Source of the DNA: Diplonema japonicum
Taxonomy: Eukaryota; Protista; Euglenozoa: Diplonemea
Reading direction: 5' to 3'
Assembly (NCBI GenBank): GCA_964019335.1
Contig: OZ025680.1
Span: forward strand, 434,001-498,000
Length of the DNA: 64,000 nucleotides
How positions within the stretch are numbered: the first letter of the stretch is position 1; every line of letters starts with the position of its first letter. Shown in pieces: positions 33,927 through 45,442 of the stretch. A program made the position numbers and the translations under genes. The notes under the pieces are model-generated. The model had not been told where the DNA came from. It ran no database searches and worked only from the letters and a program-made list of their open reading frames with translations.

Positions 33927-34752
33927 ATGTCAGACACAGAGGGGAAGGACCCGCAGGCGCAAGATGTGCCTGAGGCGGAGTTTCATGATGACCCGTTTAA
34001 GTCAGTGGGTGAGGAGGTAAATGAGGGGGAGGATCCGTTCAGCAGCACCGCGCCGCCTGTTGAGACAAAGAAGGTGGAAGACGAGGATGAGGACAGTATG
34101 CCGCCAGTGGCCCCTGTGGCAGCACCTGTGAAGGAGCCGTCTTCGCCCGTGAAATCGTGGGGCGGGTTCCAAGAAGAGCGTGTCTTGGCAACATCCACAA
34201 GCAAAGTCGAGAAGCTTGAGCTTCAGTTCCGCGTCTGCGAGCCAAAGATGACGATGCCCGACTCTGCTATGGACCTTGCCTACTGGATCTACCATGTGGT
34301 GACCAAAGCCTCCCTTGCCGGCTGGCCTGAGTCACTCCGTCAGCCACGGAGATACAGCGACTTCCTGTGGCTCCGCGAAGAGCTCTGTTCGCAGTTCCCC
34401 GGTGCGATCGTCCCCCCCCTCCCTGAGAAGAACGTCAAGGGTCAGCTCGAAAAGATCATGCTCAACAACCTTGAGCTTCTTTCCTACCGGCAACGTGCCC
34501 TTACAAAGTTCCTCAACAACACAGGAAAGCACTACCTGCTGAAGACGTCGAATCATCTGAAGGCGTTCTGCGAACTGGAGCACGCGGAGTGGGAAGCGTA
34601 CAAGTCCGCAACGAAGAAGGACCACACCGATAAGGGACCGTCGGCAGTGACAAGCATGGTGCAGAAGGGGAAGGAGGGGTGGTTCAAGATGTTCAAGAAA
34701 AAGGGAAACCAGGAGCAGGTACATGCACAGTCTGCGGTATGAAACCATTTTC

Positions 34753-34787
<35 letters not shown>

Positions 34788-35460
34788 CTAATAGGAACGG
34801 GCAGAGGAAGACCGCAAGCTGGAAGAACGAAAGCAATATGTGAAGGAGATGGAGGATGTCATGGGGCACTCTCAGGAGAAACTGAAGAAGCACATTGACA
34901 TCAGGTTTGAAACGGCAAAGGCGATGAACGAGCTGTCGGCCTTCCTTGCGTCGACAGGGGACCTGGAAAGCAAGGCGGACACCGTACTTGGCAACGATTT
35001 GAAAAATAGCGGTATTTACACCGACCAATTGTCTAAGTTGCACCACGAGCAGGCGAACAAGGAACTCGTCCTCGTGTCAGAGGTTATGGGCTACTATGTG
35101 GGTTTATTTTGTGCAGTGAAGGAAGAAATCCGTAGACTGCAAAGAATGCAAGTTACCATGTATACCAACAGAGACGATCTAGAGTCATGCGAAGCGGCTT
35201 TGAGAAAGGCAAGTGGTGAGAAACGTGCAAAGGCAGAATCCTCAAGAGATGCTGCACAATCTCGCTTTGAGGACAACAAAAAGAAATTGGAAGCGGGGCA
35301 GAAGCTCTTCGAGACTGAGTGGACCGCCTTCCACAGCCAAAAACAGATTGATTTTCTCGCTCTTCAAAAGACTTTTGTCGAATTGCAGATTAGTTACGGG
35401 AAACAACAGGAAAATCTGGAACATCACCCTATCCAGCCAGCGATCTTTACGCAGGATTAA
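33927..35460 (+). CDS. PX-BAR sorting nexin, intron 34737-34794
   Basis: RRYSDFLWLR, PGAIVPPLPEK and RQRALTKFL PX motifs, followed by a helical BAR region. The GTATG...TAG intron joins the two ORFs in frame; an alternative donor at 34719 is possible. Confidence 0.88.
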
Positions 35461-36080
35461 AAAAAAAAAAAATTGGGAATAAAAAATATACAAAAATGTG
35501 AAGAAAAAAAAAGAGAATTAAAGTGTACACTACCTTTTTTTTTTTTTTTTTGCTCCCCTTTTAAGAAGAATGTTTTCCCCTCATATTTTTCTCCCCCCCC
35601 CCTTTTTTTTGGAGAAGTTTATAAAAAAGTATCTTGTTGTTGATGAGGACGGGAGGGGGAAGGGTTTTTTTTTTGTTTTGTTTTTTTTTACCCCCTTCTC
35701 CCGATATTATTTTCCGTAATTTCAAAAAAAAAAAAGCCAATTTTTTGAAAAAGGGTAGGCGGCTAAAAAAAAATAAGGAGGAGTTGGGTGGGGGCGTCAA
35801 TTTCCTTTTTTTTTTCATTTTCACCAATAGTAGTGGCTTCTGATATATTGAGGTTGCATTGTGATTCTTTTTGTTATCCCCACTTCTTGTTTTTTTTCTC
35901 TCTTTTTTCCTGCCATTTTTTTCCCCTTGTCTATCGCACATTTTTTTTTCTTTTTTTTTTCTGCTTCAAACTTGTCATGTGGTTCACTCTTTCCCATATT
36001 TTGTTCTCCTTTTTTTTTTTAAATCTTTTTTTTTTCTGGCCGTGACTTTTTTATTCTCCCCTTTGTTTCCCTTCCCGCAC

Positions 36081-36081
<1 letters not shown>

Positions 36082-36118
<37 letters not shown>
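36082..36118. repeat. (CA)n microsatellite
   Basis: Perfect AC dinucleotide run. Confidence 0.9.
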
Positions 36119-36119
<1 letters not shown>

Positions 36120-36254
36120 CACTCGTTCTTCTTGTTTTTTTTTTTACCCCTCCTTTTTTGTTTGTATTATTTGACGTTCTCCCCCCATGTTTATCACCTC
36201 ACACAGGAAGAAGAAACAAAGGAAAAAGAGCACAAAAAATATATATATAAGGAA

Positions 36255-38339
36255 ATGGTAGGCATTTATACTGCAATTTTACAAGAAGGGGTAAGCATAT
36301 TAGTTGACTTACAAGAAATTATAACACCGAAAAAATTCAGAAGTGCAGTCGAACGGTGGGCGTTGGTCCTCTCGCTGGAGCAAGCGGCTGGGGGGAGCAC
36401 CGCAGTAGAGGCGGAAGTTCAAGAGATTGCTTGTTATGGTGTTGACGGGGAAGGGCTGGTGAAGAGTATTTTAGAGTGGGTGGAGGAGGATAAAAAAGTG
36501 ACAATGGGGAAAATATTAATGAGGGGTTGTTCGCCTCTTCCCCTGAGCCCGCCCGCCCGAGAAGCAGACGAAGGAACGGCGACACCCGAACAACTATCCG
36601 ATTGGCAAGAAATAAAAAAACAACTCAATCTCCTCCTGACACAAGAGATTCCTTCCAAACTGCGACAGTCATTGCTACAGCAATTCTGCGGCAAGGCAGC
36701 GGGAGGAGGGGACGCGCATCGCGATGTGGTTAACGCTGTCCAGCTTTTCAACGAAGGAATCCACCTTCTAAGCTTCGCCTGCCATGCCGTGGAGGTAAGC
36801 AAACTGCATCTCTCCATAGAGGATTTCATGGTTGAAAAAGCACAAGAGCGGACTCAAGACCTCCTCCAAACCCCCGACAAGATCCTCAACGAGGGTGTGA
36901 TGCTGTCGGACGCCATCGTAGAAGTTGAGAAGCAGCTTTTTTCCGCATGGTTTGACGCCGACCTCCTCTATTCCTGCCCCCGTGCCACGCAGCACCCACA
37001 GACCACTACCCTCCTCAAAACCCTTGGGTGTATACAGATTCCTCAAACTACTGATATTAGTCACACCGAGTACTGTGACTTGTTCATCGATCTCCTGTCC
37101 AACCTCTGCACGAAGCAGTCTCCTTCCTCGTGGTCTGCGCATCTCTGGGAATCCAGCCAGCACGCACAAGTGTCCGATCTGTTGAAAAAATTGAGAAAAG
37201 AAACCTGGTCGGTCCCCATGTCCGTGCACTCCCCTCTCGACTCTTACATCGACAAGCTGGAGGGCTTCGGGTCACCGCAGAACACCCCACCCAAGCAGAT
37301 GCTAGCCACTGATGCGTGTATGGGGATACATCAGTTCTTGTTGGAGGTACGGGAGGATCTGCAGAGCACCCTCGAAAGCTCGAAGATCGCGACGAACAGA
37401 CAGCTGCTGGCATGCGGGAATGTCGTGAGTGTCATCCACACGACGTGCGTGGAGTTGTTAAACGGTGTCGTGAACCTGGCGCATACCAACATCGAGCGGC
37501 TGGGCTTCATGAGCAAGAATGTTTTGCCTGCGATTTACTTCGCTTCCGACGTGTTCCTGATCACCACCATCCACTTCCAGCACCCCGCCATCGACCTCTT
37601 GCAGCCGGATACTTCGCGGAGCGCACCGTCCCCACACTTGGATCAGAGCTCCCACATCACGCATAAAATTGATATTGTGAAGTTGAATCAGCTGTCGGGG
37701 ACCCCTCCTGGGCACTCCCTGCCGGGCAACCTGCCCGACCTTGCCATCAAGTGCGCTGTGCTTCTCGGTGTGTGCGTGGATAAGATACGAACAGAGATCG
37801 GGAAGGTAGCGTTGTCGCTAATGCGAGCGTATTGCGTGACTGGTGTGAAGGACCTGCCAGAAGCAGAGAGCGACGCAGTTGCCGACGAGGAAGAGGAGAG
37901 CACCCCTGCAGAGTGGGACTCGGAGTACTCCAAGACCGTATCAAGGACTATTGCAACGCTGGTGGATCCTTTATGCACCCTTGCAAGGCACATACCCCCT
38001 GAGATAGGGTTGTATATCTCTCACTACACAGTCACCACCGTCGTGGAGTTGATGTGCTCACAGGTAGCTACGTATCTGCTCCGCAAGCCTGCTTCCCTCA
38101 CACCCCATGGGGAGGAACTCCCAGCATGGCCCCCCACCTTTGCCCCTGCGCTCGTCACTGTCCACCCGTGCTTGTGCAAACTGAGCACAGACCTGCAGCA
38201 TCTCCGCGACTACCTTTCCCTCGAGACTGTCAATGGCCTCAATACATACTTCTTGCTCCCTTGTTGGGAGATGCCCTTCTTGCTCGCCAATGCCCTTGAT
38301 CAACAAGAGAAGGAAAACCATGCTGCGGAGAATGCGTGA
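36255..38339 (+). CDS. Helical protein of unknown function, weak resemblance to CATCHR tethering subunits
   Basis: Long ORF from ATG 36255; the upstream part of the computed ORF is low-complexity spacer. C-terminal KLSTDLQHLRDYL loosely recalls the CATCHR QLxxDxxYL motif. Confidence 0.6.
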   Translation: MVGIYTAILQEGVSILVDLQEIITPKKFRSAVERWALVLSLEQAAGGSTAVEAEVQEIACYGVDGEGLVKSILEWVEEDKKVTMGKILMRGCSPLPLSPPAREADEGTATPEQLSDWQEIKKQLNLLLTQEIPSKLRQSLLQQFCGKAAGGGDAHRDVVNAVQLFNEGIHLLSFACHAVEVSKLHLSIEDFMVEKAQERTQDLLQTPDKILNEGVMLSDAIVEVEKQLFSAWFDADLLYSCPRATQHPQTTTLLKTLGCIQIPQTTDISHTEYCDLFIDLLSNLCTKQSPSSWSAHLWESSQHAQVSDLLKKLRKETWSVPMSVHSPLDSYIDKLEGFGSPQNTPPKQMLATDACMGIHQFLLEVREDLQSTLESSKIATNRQLLACGNVVSVIHTTCVELLNGVVNLAHTNIERLGFMSKNVLPAIYFASDVFLITTIHFQHPAIDLLQPDTSRSAPSPHLDQSSHITHKIDIVKLNQLSGTPPGHSLPGNLPDLAIKCAVLLGVCVDKIRTEIGKVALSLMRAYCVTGVKDLPEAESDAVADEEEESTPAEWDSEYSKTVSRTIATLVDPLCTLARHIPPEIGLYISHYTVTTVVELMCSQVATYLLRKPASLTPHGEELPAWPPTFAPALVTVHPCLCKLSTDLQHLRDYLSLETVNGLNTYFLLPCWEMPFLLANALDQQEKENHAAENA

Positions 38340-38575
38340 GTCCCTGACCTTAGTTTTCGCTGTTTTGATCCTGTTTTCTTTTTTATCTAGGGGGGGGGGT
38401 GAAATAATAAACAACGAAAGTGCAATAAGATCCCCCCCCCTTAGAAGTAAGCCCCTAATATCCCTTCATACCTTTATCGTCTTCCCACGTTTAGTTCTGT
38501 GATCTTATTTCCCCCCCCCCCACAATTTTTTTTTGAAGTCCTTTGGCCTTGTACAAGCTACCACATCGCATAGGG

Positions 38576-39364
38576 ATGGCGTCAGCGGCCCAGCCGCCGT
38601 ACAGCCTACAAGACTACCGATGGAGGACGAAGGGGGAACGGTTAAAGGAGGTGGCGAGGGACATACGGAACGAGTCGAATAGAAAGATGTTGCCCCCGCA
38701 AGCGGTACCAGTAGGGGACTGGGGGAGGGGGTACCAGGACATGGGGCTTGGGAAGGTCAAGCGAGCGTTGGAAGAGGTGAGACGGAGCTCTGAGGGGCTG
38801 GAAAGAACACACTCGAGGAGCCCGGAGAAGAGGAGCACCACCACAACGAGGAATGATGAGGACGGTAGCATGGTGAGAGACCTCAATGAAAAACTGAAAG
38901 AAAGGGAAGATGAACTGCGATTGATGACAGATAGGTACCAAAGGCTGCTCAATGAGAAGGGAAAATCGGTTTCTGTACCAGTGCCGTCACCTCAACCCCA
39001 ACCCCAACCCCAACCTCGAGCTGTGGTGCAACAGCAACCAACGCCCCAGTACCATACTCCTCCTGCTCCTCCTGCTCTTCCTCCACAGAGACCGCTCTTC
39101 GCTGATCTCCTCGGCTCCGACTCAGAAGCTGACGAGGATGCCCTCCACACAGCACTCGAAACACAACATTTACGCTCTGTTCTTTCTGCCTCTCTTCGAA
39201 TTGCTCTACGGGCGGATCCATCTTGCTTGCAAGACGTGATGCACCTTGTTGTCCCACCGTCAAGTGGTTCAAAACACAGGCGGAAATCACACAAAAGCAG
39301 CTCCCCCTCACCGGATCATAAGAAGAAGAAGAAAAAATCGCGAAAACACAGAAAGAAGGATTAG
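38576..39364 (+). CDS. Coiled-coil/proline-rich protein with a basic C-terminal tail
   Basis: ORF with a short coiled coil, a PQ repeat and a KKKKKKSRKHRKKD tail. Confidence 0.65.
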   Translation: MASAAQPPYSLQDYRWRTKGERLKEVARDIRNESNRKMLPPQAVPVGDWGRGYQDMGLGKVKRALEEVRRSSEGLERTHSRSPEKRSTTTTRNDEDGSMVRDLNEKLKEREDELRLMTDRYQRLLNEKGKSVSVPVPSPQPQPQPQPRAVVQQQPTPQYHTPPAPPALPPQRPLFADLLGSDSEADEDALHTALETQHLRSVLSASLRIALRADPSCLQDVMHLVVPPSSGSKHRRKSHKSSSPSPDHKKKKKKSRKHRKKD

Positions 39365-39614
39365 ACTGGGAAGAGGAAGAAGGGGAGAAAAGAGTATTTT
39401 GTTTTTGTTGTTAGATAGATGTTTAATTTTTCCCGCTTCTTCGTTTCTTTTTGTTTTTTTTCTTAACTCCACTTTTTTTTTTCTCCCCCCTCCCAAGCAA
39501 ATATAATATAAACCCGACAGAGGGGGAGGGGTGGTGGGAGGGTGAGGTAGATTGAGGGGTTTTTTTGTTTCCCCTTTCATAAAGAGAGAAAAAAAAAAGT
39601 AAACACAAGAGGAC

Positions 39615-42109
39615 ATGGGGTGTTGCCAAAGCGGGAATGCCCCGGAGGAAGAGGTCCCGGCAAAGCGGACAGTGCCGAGTGAGAGGCAAGGGAAGGGATC
39701 AGAGGACCTAACGATAGGGTTGATCCAGGCCGAAGGGGAGGGTGTACCGGGTGCGGAAGAAGATGAAGAAGAAGCTGTGAAGGAAGCGACAGAGAAGGTA
39801 TTTTTTCTTTCCTTTTTCGAAATAACTACATTTCAGTATGTTGTGAACGATGAGCTGGACACGATTGTGGCAAACGGGTGGAAGTACTTCGTGATCGATT
39901 CGGTTTGTCAATTCTATTTTTTTAACCATCTACCAACGAGCGTCTTTATAGAGACGATTTGAAAAAAAATCTTTTGCGCAAAGGGCTTTCAATGCAATAC
40001 AGCCCGGCCACTTCTCGCATCCGGGGTCCTGCGCGGAAAATATGAAAAATATAAACTAAATGCTGCCCTAACTTAACAAGAAAAAGAAAAAAGAAAAAAA
40101 AAAACGCCAGCCCAAATTTACCCTTAAAAATCACTTCAAAAAAGGGTGCCCAGAAAGAGGCCGGAAGAGGACATTATGAGTGATGGTAGCACTGATGGCT
40201 CATCCCTATTATGCAATTTTGGTACAGACAGTGATTCTGATACGAATTCGACCGATACCGAGTCACAGCAGGGTGATTGGACGGCAAAGCCGGAGCGGTT
40301 GGAAGGCATCCGGTTTCGTGAAGATCGGAATCCTTGTGGACCCTGTTTTGACATCAGAGGCTCAACGCCATTCCATATATTCTCCCAAATGATCGCCCCA
40401 AACGTTATTTGGGTCATAATTTCGAACAATGTGGCAAATGCGGCTAAAAAAGGTGTTTCCCTGGATCTCAATGCTGCTTCTTTGCGTACCTTCCTAGGTG
40501 CCCTTTTGTCGATGGACTTGGATATCAAGCCAGATTATTCTGACTACTGGCGCACTGGCTCCACGTCTCTCAACTACACCCCTGGGTACGCCACCGTCAT
40601 GTCAAGAGACCGCTTTTTGACTATTCTGGGAAATCTGTGTTTCCACAGCGAAACAAACAAGCGTGCTGACTTCTACCTATCGCAAAGGCCTCCCGGAGAT
40701 CACGGATGCCCCAAAGAAGCGAGGCCGCAAGCCCAAGGACACGCATCCTGTGGCGACACCCAGTTCCACCAGCACGTGAGCATCCTTTGCACCACAACGT
40801 GGCATGACATCAAGCCTGTGCGCTTTCTGTCGACGTTGGATGTTCCGGTGAAGTCAAATTTGACGTGTCGGCCAAAAGAGAATGAAAGCCGGAAAGGACA
40901 TCCCACTCCCCACCAAGTGCATATTTACAACACCGCAATGGGCGGAACCGACGCTGGGTGACGCTGTGACAAAACGCCATAAACGCACCCTTATGACTTC
41001 GAAGTGGCCCCTGAAAGTATTTTCGTACGTGTTAGATAAATCTCTGGCAAATGCTTGGTTTGTTTGGAAAGAAGCATTGCCCCCCAACACCCTGAGTACG
41101 AACGACAGTGGATTCACGCCTTTCAAAGAGGCAGTCACCGAAGGGCTACTAGGGAGGCAGTCTAAACAACAGATAAAGTCAACTACAGAGCAGGCTGCCC
41201 CAATACCATGCCCCGAAACACAGAACGAGTGCCCTGAGACCCCAATGCGCCGCGATAGTACCTTCTGGGACCATTTCCCCGAAAAAGTAGCGCAACGTGC
41301 GGTGTAAGCATGGCAAGTTGAAATGACCCAGTTCCAGTGTTCAACCTGCTTGGTACAACTTTGCGTGACTCCGTGCTTCAAAGACTACCACCTTGCCGGG
41401 GATACCCCCCAGAAACCCCTCTCGGGGTCAAAAAAGAAGTCCCCCAGCCCTGGGGCACATACGAACCGCGTCAAGAAGGCCTTAAATAGCTTTTTACAGA
41501 ATTTTGCAGTCGATTTTTTTTGACTTGTTTTTTGTACCCCCTCTCGGGCACTTCAGGAACGATATTTTTGACAATGTTGTGAGGGTGGGCCCTGCTGTGG
41601 GCACCCTCTCTCTAGAATTGGGACATCTGGAGGCATTTCCGGGGGCATATAGCCCCGGCGTTGCGCTAGAATAGCTTTTTTGAAGTTTTGAAAATTTACC
41701 CCCTGGTGGGCAAAAATGGTCCGTTGGTAGATGGTTAAAAGAAATTTTTTTTCCCCAGACAAACAATTTCCCTGGTGAAGACGAGCTGGAAGAAGAAGGT
41801 GATGACTGGACACACGCACACAACCCTAAACTAGTACCTCCCCAGGGGCTACCGTGCCCTGCCTCCAAGATCCTTGGGACAGTGAAGGCGCTCCCAGAGC
41901 AGCAAGCCCTCGCACATCTTGCGGCCTGCGCTCCCATACCAGACTACAGCAACGTCATGATCGAGTACTCCAACCAGGTTTCTTCCACCCTTGCTTCGAT
42001 GGCTCTCTTGCCCCACATTGATGAGAGTGGCGCGGAAGTTGGAATCGTAGCCAATGTCACCATCGATGATCTGGCACAGACCACCAACGCAACAGAGAAC
42101 GCGCAGTAA
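39615..42109 (+). CDS. N-myristoylated/palmitoylated protein, LAMTOR1/Ego1-like. Exons 39615-39797, 39837-39902, 41759-42109
   Basis: MGCCQS N-terminus. GT-AG introns 39798-39836 and 39903-41758 (contains the piggyBac) join to the 41882 ORF in frame. Confidence 0.7.
39926..41734 (+). mobile_element. Internally deleted piggyBac transposon (1809 bp)
   Basis: TTAA target duplication at 39922-39925 and 41735-41738; 13-bp TIR CCATCTACCAACG / CGTTGGTAGATGG. Confidence 0.95.
40146..41391 (+). pseudogene. piggyBac transposase remnant
   Basis: DYW, MSRDRF..I...LCF, WHDIKPVRFLST, YNTAMGGTD, KWPLKVF..LD..LANAW and C-terminal CSTC..LC..PCF..YH. The central catalytic region is missing and there are frameshifts/stops. 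Confidence 0.9.
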
Positions 42110-42637
42110 AAAAAAAAAAAGGAGTTTTTTTTGAAAGTGTTTCCCTTTTTTCTTATTTCTCATACGAATGTTTGCCTTTCTTTTTATTCATTCTTTCCTT
42201 ATTGTCCCCCCCCTTTTTTTTTCCTTGTCCGCTTTTTTTTTTTGTCTGTTGTGAGTTGAAGGTGAGGCTGAGATCTACAAGACGAAGAGGAGCAGGTGAG
42301 CCTTTCCAACTCTCGCAGGGAATACGCTGAAATGCACGGCACAGCAGAAGACCCATCCTTGCAGAGCAAACACCGAGGTCTGAAGAGCCTATGCAGAGCG
42401 GAGCACGACAACTGGCGCAGTGCAGGTGGGCTAAAGCCGTGTCCTGCTGATGAGCACGAAAATGCGAACCTTAAATGTTGCCCAGTACACAAAATTAAAA
42501 AAAAAGAAGAAAAAAAAAAAACCAAACACAACAACAAAAAAAAACAAAAAAAAAAAAAGGTGGGTGATGTATACAACGAGTATTTAAAAAAAAAAAAGAA
42601 AAAGAAAAAAAACCGGGGGGAAAAAAAAATTGAAAAT

Positions 42638-44059
42638 ATGCATATGCAGCCGTCAACCACTCACTCCTCAAGCTGCGCTGCAAGCGTGATCACTGACTTC
42701 GAGCAGGAAAAAGTGAAATTGAGCCTCCAGTATCTAAAGGAAAGAGGCCTTCTGGGTGCCTTGGTGACACTGTTTGGGAGTTTCTTCCTGGCGTATGTGA
42801 ACGTGGGCGCACCAATTCCCTTCTTGGCGGACGCTCTGAAGGACAAGGGCGTGGGACAGACCGCTATCGGTGCCGCATACGCAATGCACCCCATGGGCAT
42901 CGTGGCCGCTCAGTTCTTCACAGTGTTCCTCGAGAAGAGATACGGAACCCGCATCATGCACAGCGGGGGGTTCCTACTAGCAGGCGCCTGCACATTAGTA
43001 ATGGCATTCTCTTTGGACATCACTACAGACCCTACACGGTTGGCTGGTGTTGTCATTGCCATCAGATTCCTGACGGGGCTAGGTGAGGGCATCACAGACA
43101 ATGCTATCATATCTATGTATCAGGTGAACTTCCATGACGTCATGGGGCAGGTCCTTGGTATCTCTGAAGGAGTTATTGGTTTGGGTCTTGCTGTGGGCCC
43201 GCTTATTGGCGGTGTGCTGTACCATGTAGGCGGGTTCCGCCTGCCGCTCATTGTGGTGTCGATCCCTTTCTTCGTTGTGTCTGCAGTGGGGCCGTACCTC
43301 ACGAAGGATTTCAAAATTCGTGCAGACGATACCGCCACCGATGACACAGATAGCGAGTCACCATTTGTAAGCAACCTCATGGTGGCTGGGGTGTCCTTGG
43401 GGATCTTCACAGTTAACTTCGGGTATGGTTGTGTTACACCGCTCTTCCCACTATACCTTGGCGATGAGTTTGGGTGGAATGAAGTCATTGTGGGTGCTAT
43501 TTTTGCAGGTGGGGGTGTTATATACTTTCTGGCTGGTATCTTTTGCGGTTATGTCTCCGATAAAAACGTCAAGAAGGACCGTCCTAGCGTGCTGCCGTTT
43601 CTCCTCGGCCCTGTCATATCTGGGTTGAGCTATCTAGCTGCAGGGCCTTTCCCGGGGCTCTCGTTGTCGAGTTCCGTAAGACAAGGGAGTATATTGGCAT
43701 CAGTTCCTTTTGCGGCGGTGGGGCAAGGATACGCCATTATATGTGGGATGGGACTTCTCACCATAACGGCACGAACGCATTCTCTTGCTTCTAGTGCTTT
43801 TAACGCATCGCTGAACTTTGGGCTGGCGATGGGGCCTATTGGGGGAACGTTGCTGGATGATGCGTTCGGATTTCGTTGGACGATGGCTATGAACTTTTTC
43901 CTCGAGGTTTTCGTTGTAACGGTGTTCGGTCCTCTGCTCTACTGGAAGATGAACCAGTTGAACAATCAAAACGAGGCGAGGAACGCGGCAAAGGAAGACT
44001 TGGAGGACGGTGATGTTTCGTCGAGTGACGCAGGTGAGAGCGTTGGGCTTCTTAATTGA
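42638..44059 (+). CDS. MFS transporter (SLC18-like)
   Basis: About 12 hydrophobic segments, RFLTGLGEG and GLAVGPLIGG (MFS antiporter motif C). The start codon is uncertain. Confidence 0.88.
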   Translation: MHMQPSTTHSSSCAASVITDFEQEKVKLSLQYLKERGLLGALVTLFGSFFLAYVNVGAPIPFLADALKDKGVGQTAIGAAYAMHPMGIVAAQFFTVFLEKRYGTRIMHSGGFLLAGACTLVMAFSLDITTDPTRLAGVVIAIRFLTGLGEGITDNAIISMYQVNFHDVMGQVLGISEGVIGLGLAVGPLIGGVLYHVGGFRLPLIVVSIPFFVVSAVGPYLTKDFKIRADDTATDDTDSESPFVSNLMVAGVSLGIFTVNFGYGCVTPLFPLYLGDEFGWNEVIVGAIFAGGGVIYFLAGIFCGYVSDKNVKKDRPSVLPFLLGPVISGLSYLAAGPFPGLSLSSSVRQGSILASVPFAAVGQGYAIICGMGLLTITARTHSLASSAFNASLNFGLAMGPIGGTLLDDAFGFRWTMAMNFFLEVFVVTVFGPLLYWKMNQLNNQNEARNAAKEDLEDGDVSSSDAGESVGLLN

Positions 44060-44816
44060 TTTTTTTTTATATTTGCATTGCATTTTCGTTAACATTCGCG
44101 CGGCTTGTCATCCTTAGGGGGAGTGTGTGGGGGATTTTTTTTAACACACTGTGCGCGCGCGGCATCGCAGCGTCGCCCTCCTTTGGTGAAAAAAAAAAAA
44201 AAAGAAAAAGAAGAAGAGAAAAAAAAAAGTAACTTTTAGTTTTTTTTTTTTGTTGTTCTCCTTATTTTGTTTCTTAAGCGACGATTAGATTGACACGTTT
44301 GAAAGAATCGAGGTACTGTATTTTTATATTTCTAATATTTTTGTTTTCTCTTTTTTTTTTTCCTTTTCCTTTTCTTATATTCATCATCGTAACACCATCA
44401 AAAAAAAATTTTATTTTTAATGATTCGTTCTTTTGTTTCCTACCTCCTGAGGCATCGATCCAGGTAGACGCACTCCCCTGTGATCATGGCAAGGGGGGGG
44501 GAGCCTCCTTTACCCCTTACTACACTAACATCTTGAGGGGGAAAGGAGCTTTTTCTTCTAGAGATGAGCAGCTTCGCAAAAGTATCCTGTCAGAGTTATA
44601 CATTGCAATAGCACTCTTTTCATGTTGCTTTTGTTGAGAAAATGACCGAAAAGAAAAGAATTGGGAAAGGCATGAACGTCAGCACGGAGTTTGGGGTTCT
44701 TGAATTGAATTTGAGTTAAAATAAACAAAATGACAACATCAACGACGTCCTACCATACCTTAAAAGAATAGTCTTTTTTTTTTTTTTAAATAAACTAGGT
44801 TGTCACTTTATGTTTA

Positions 44817-44920
44817 TTATCTTTCAAAAAATAATTTTATTTTATAACTACATGCAACTTGTGCCGAGCACCGCTTTCGCAGCTTTTTAAAAACCTTTTT
44901 TGCTCGTGCGAACAAAAAAG
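44817..44920 (+). repeat. Dispersed bipartite intergenic repeat, copy 2
   Basis: ATGCAACTTGTGCCGAGCA (44852-44870) ... TGCTCGTGCGAACAAAAA; ~100 bp similar to 56897-57000. Confidence 0.8.
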
Positions 44921-45407
44921 ACATATAGTCATAAAGAATAAGGGGAACGAAGAAATTATATATTTCTTGAGCCCAGCTCGAAAAAAAAAAACGAAGAAAA
45001 AGGGAATTTCTAACGGTAATCGTCGTACAAAGAAGAAAAAAAAAAGTGCAATTTTCCAGCCCCATGCACTAGTTTATGATATTGTTCACCGCAGAAATAG
45101 CCCAAACAAAGAAGGGAAAAAAAAAAAAAAGAAAAAAAAAAAAAAGAAAAAAAAAAAACGACCACAAACAAAACTAAACAATAAAAGGAAAAAGAAAAGA
45201 GAAAAAAAAAAGGCAATCCGAAGGCTTATCTGATAAAGGGTTATCCTACCCCCTTTCCCATCCTTTATCTTTTTCTTTTCAAAGAGCGCAGGGGAATGAA
45301 GGGATAGAGATCAGCTCCTTGGCTGATAAGTTTCGTTTTTTTTTTCTTCCCCTCTCTCTTCTTTGCATCTTTCCGTATTGTTACCAGCAAAAAAAAGGGG
45401 AAGTTCC

Positions 45408-45441
<34 letters not shown>

Positions 45442-45442
<1 letters not shown>

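Noticed and set aside
35871-36254. Phe/Lys-rich N-terminal ORF extensions and many poly-F/poly-K ORFs (also 42296, 45319, 56981)
   Set aside because: Translations of homopolymer spacers starting at non-ATG codons.
38968-38982. gtttctgtac match to the euglenozoan spliced-leader core
   Set aside because: Only 10 nt, inside a CDS, and lacking the rest of the SL exon and donor.
42250-42500. Complex sequence upstream of the MFS gene as a snoRNA or extra exon
   Set aside because: A TGATGA is present, but no convincing box pair, terminal stem or splice path could be established.
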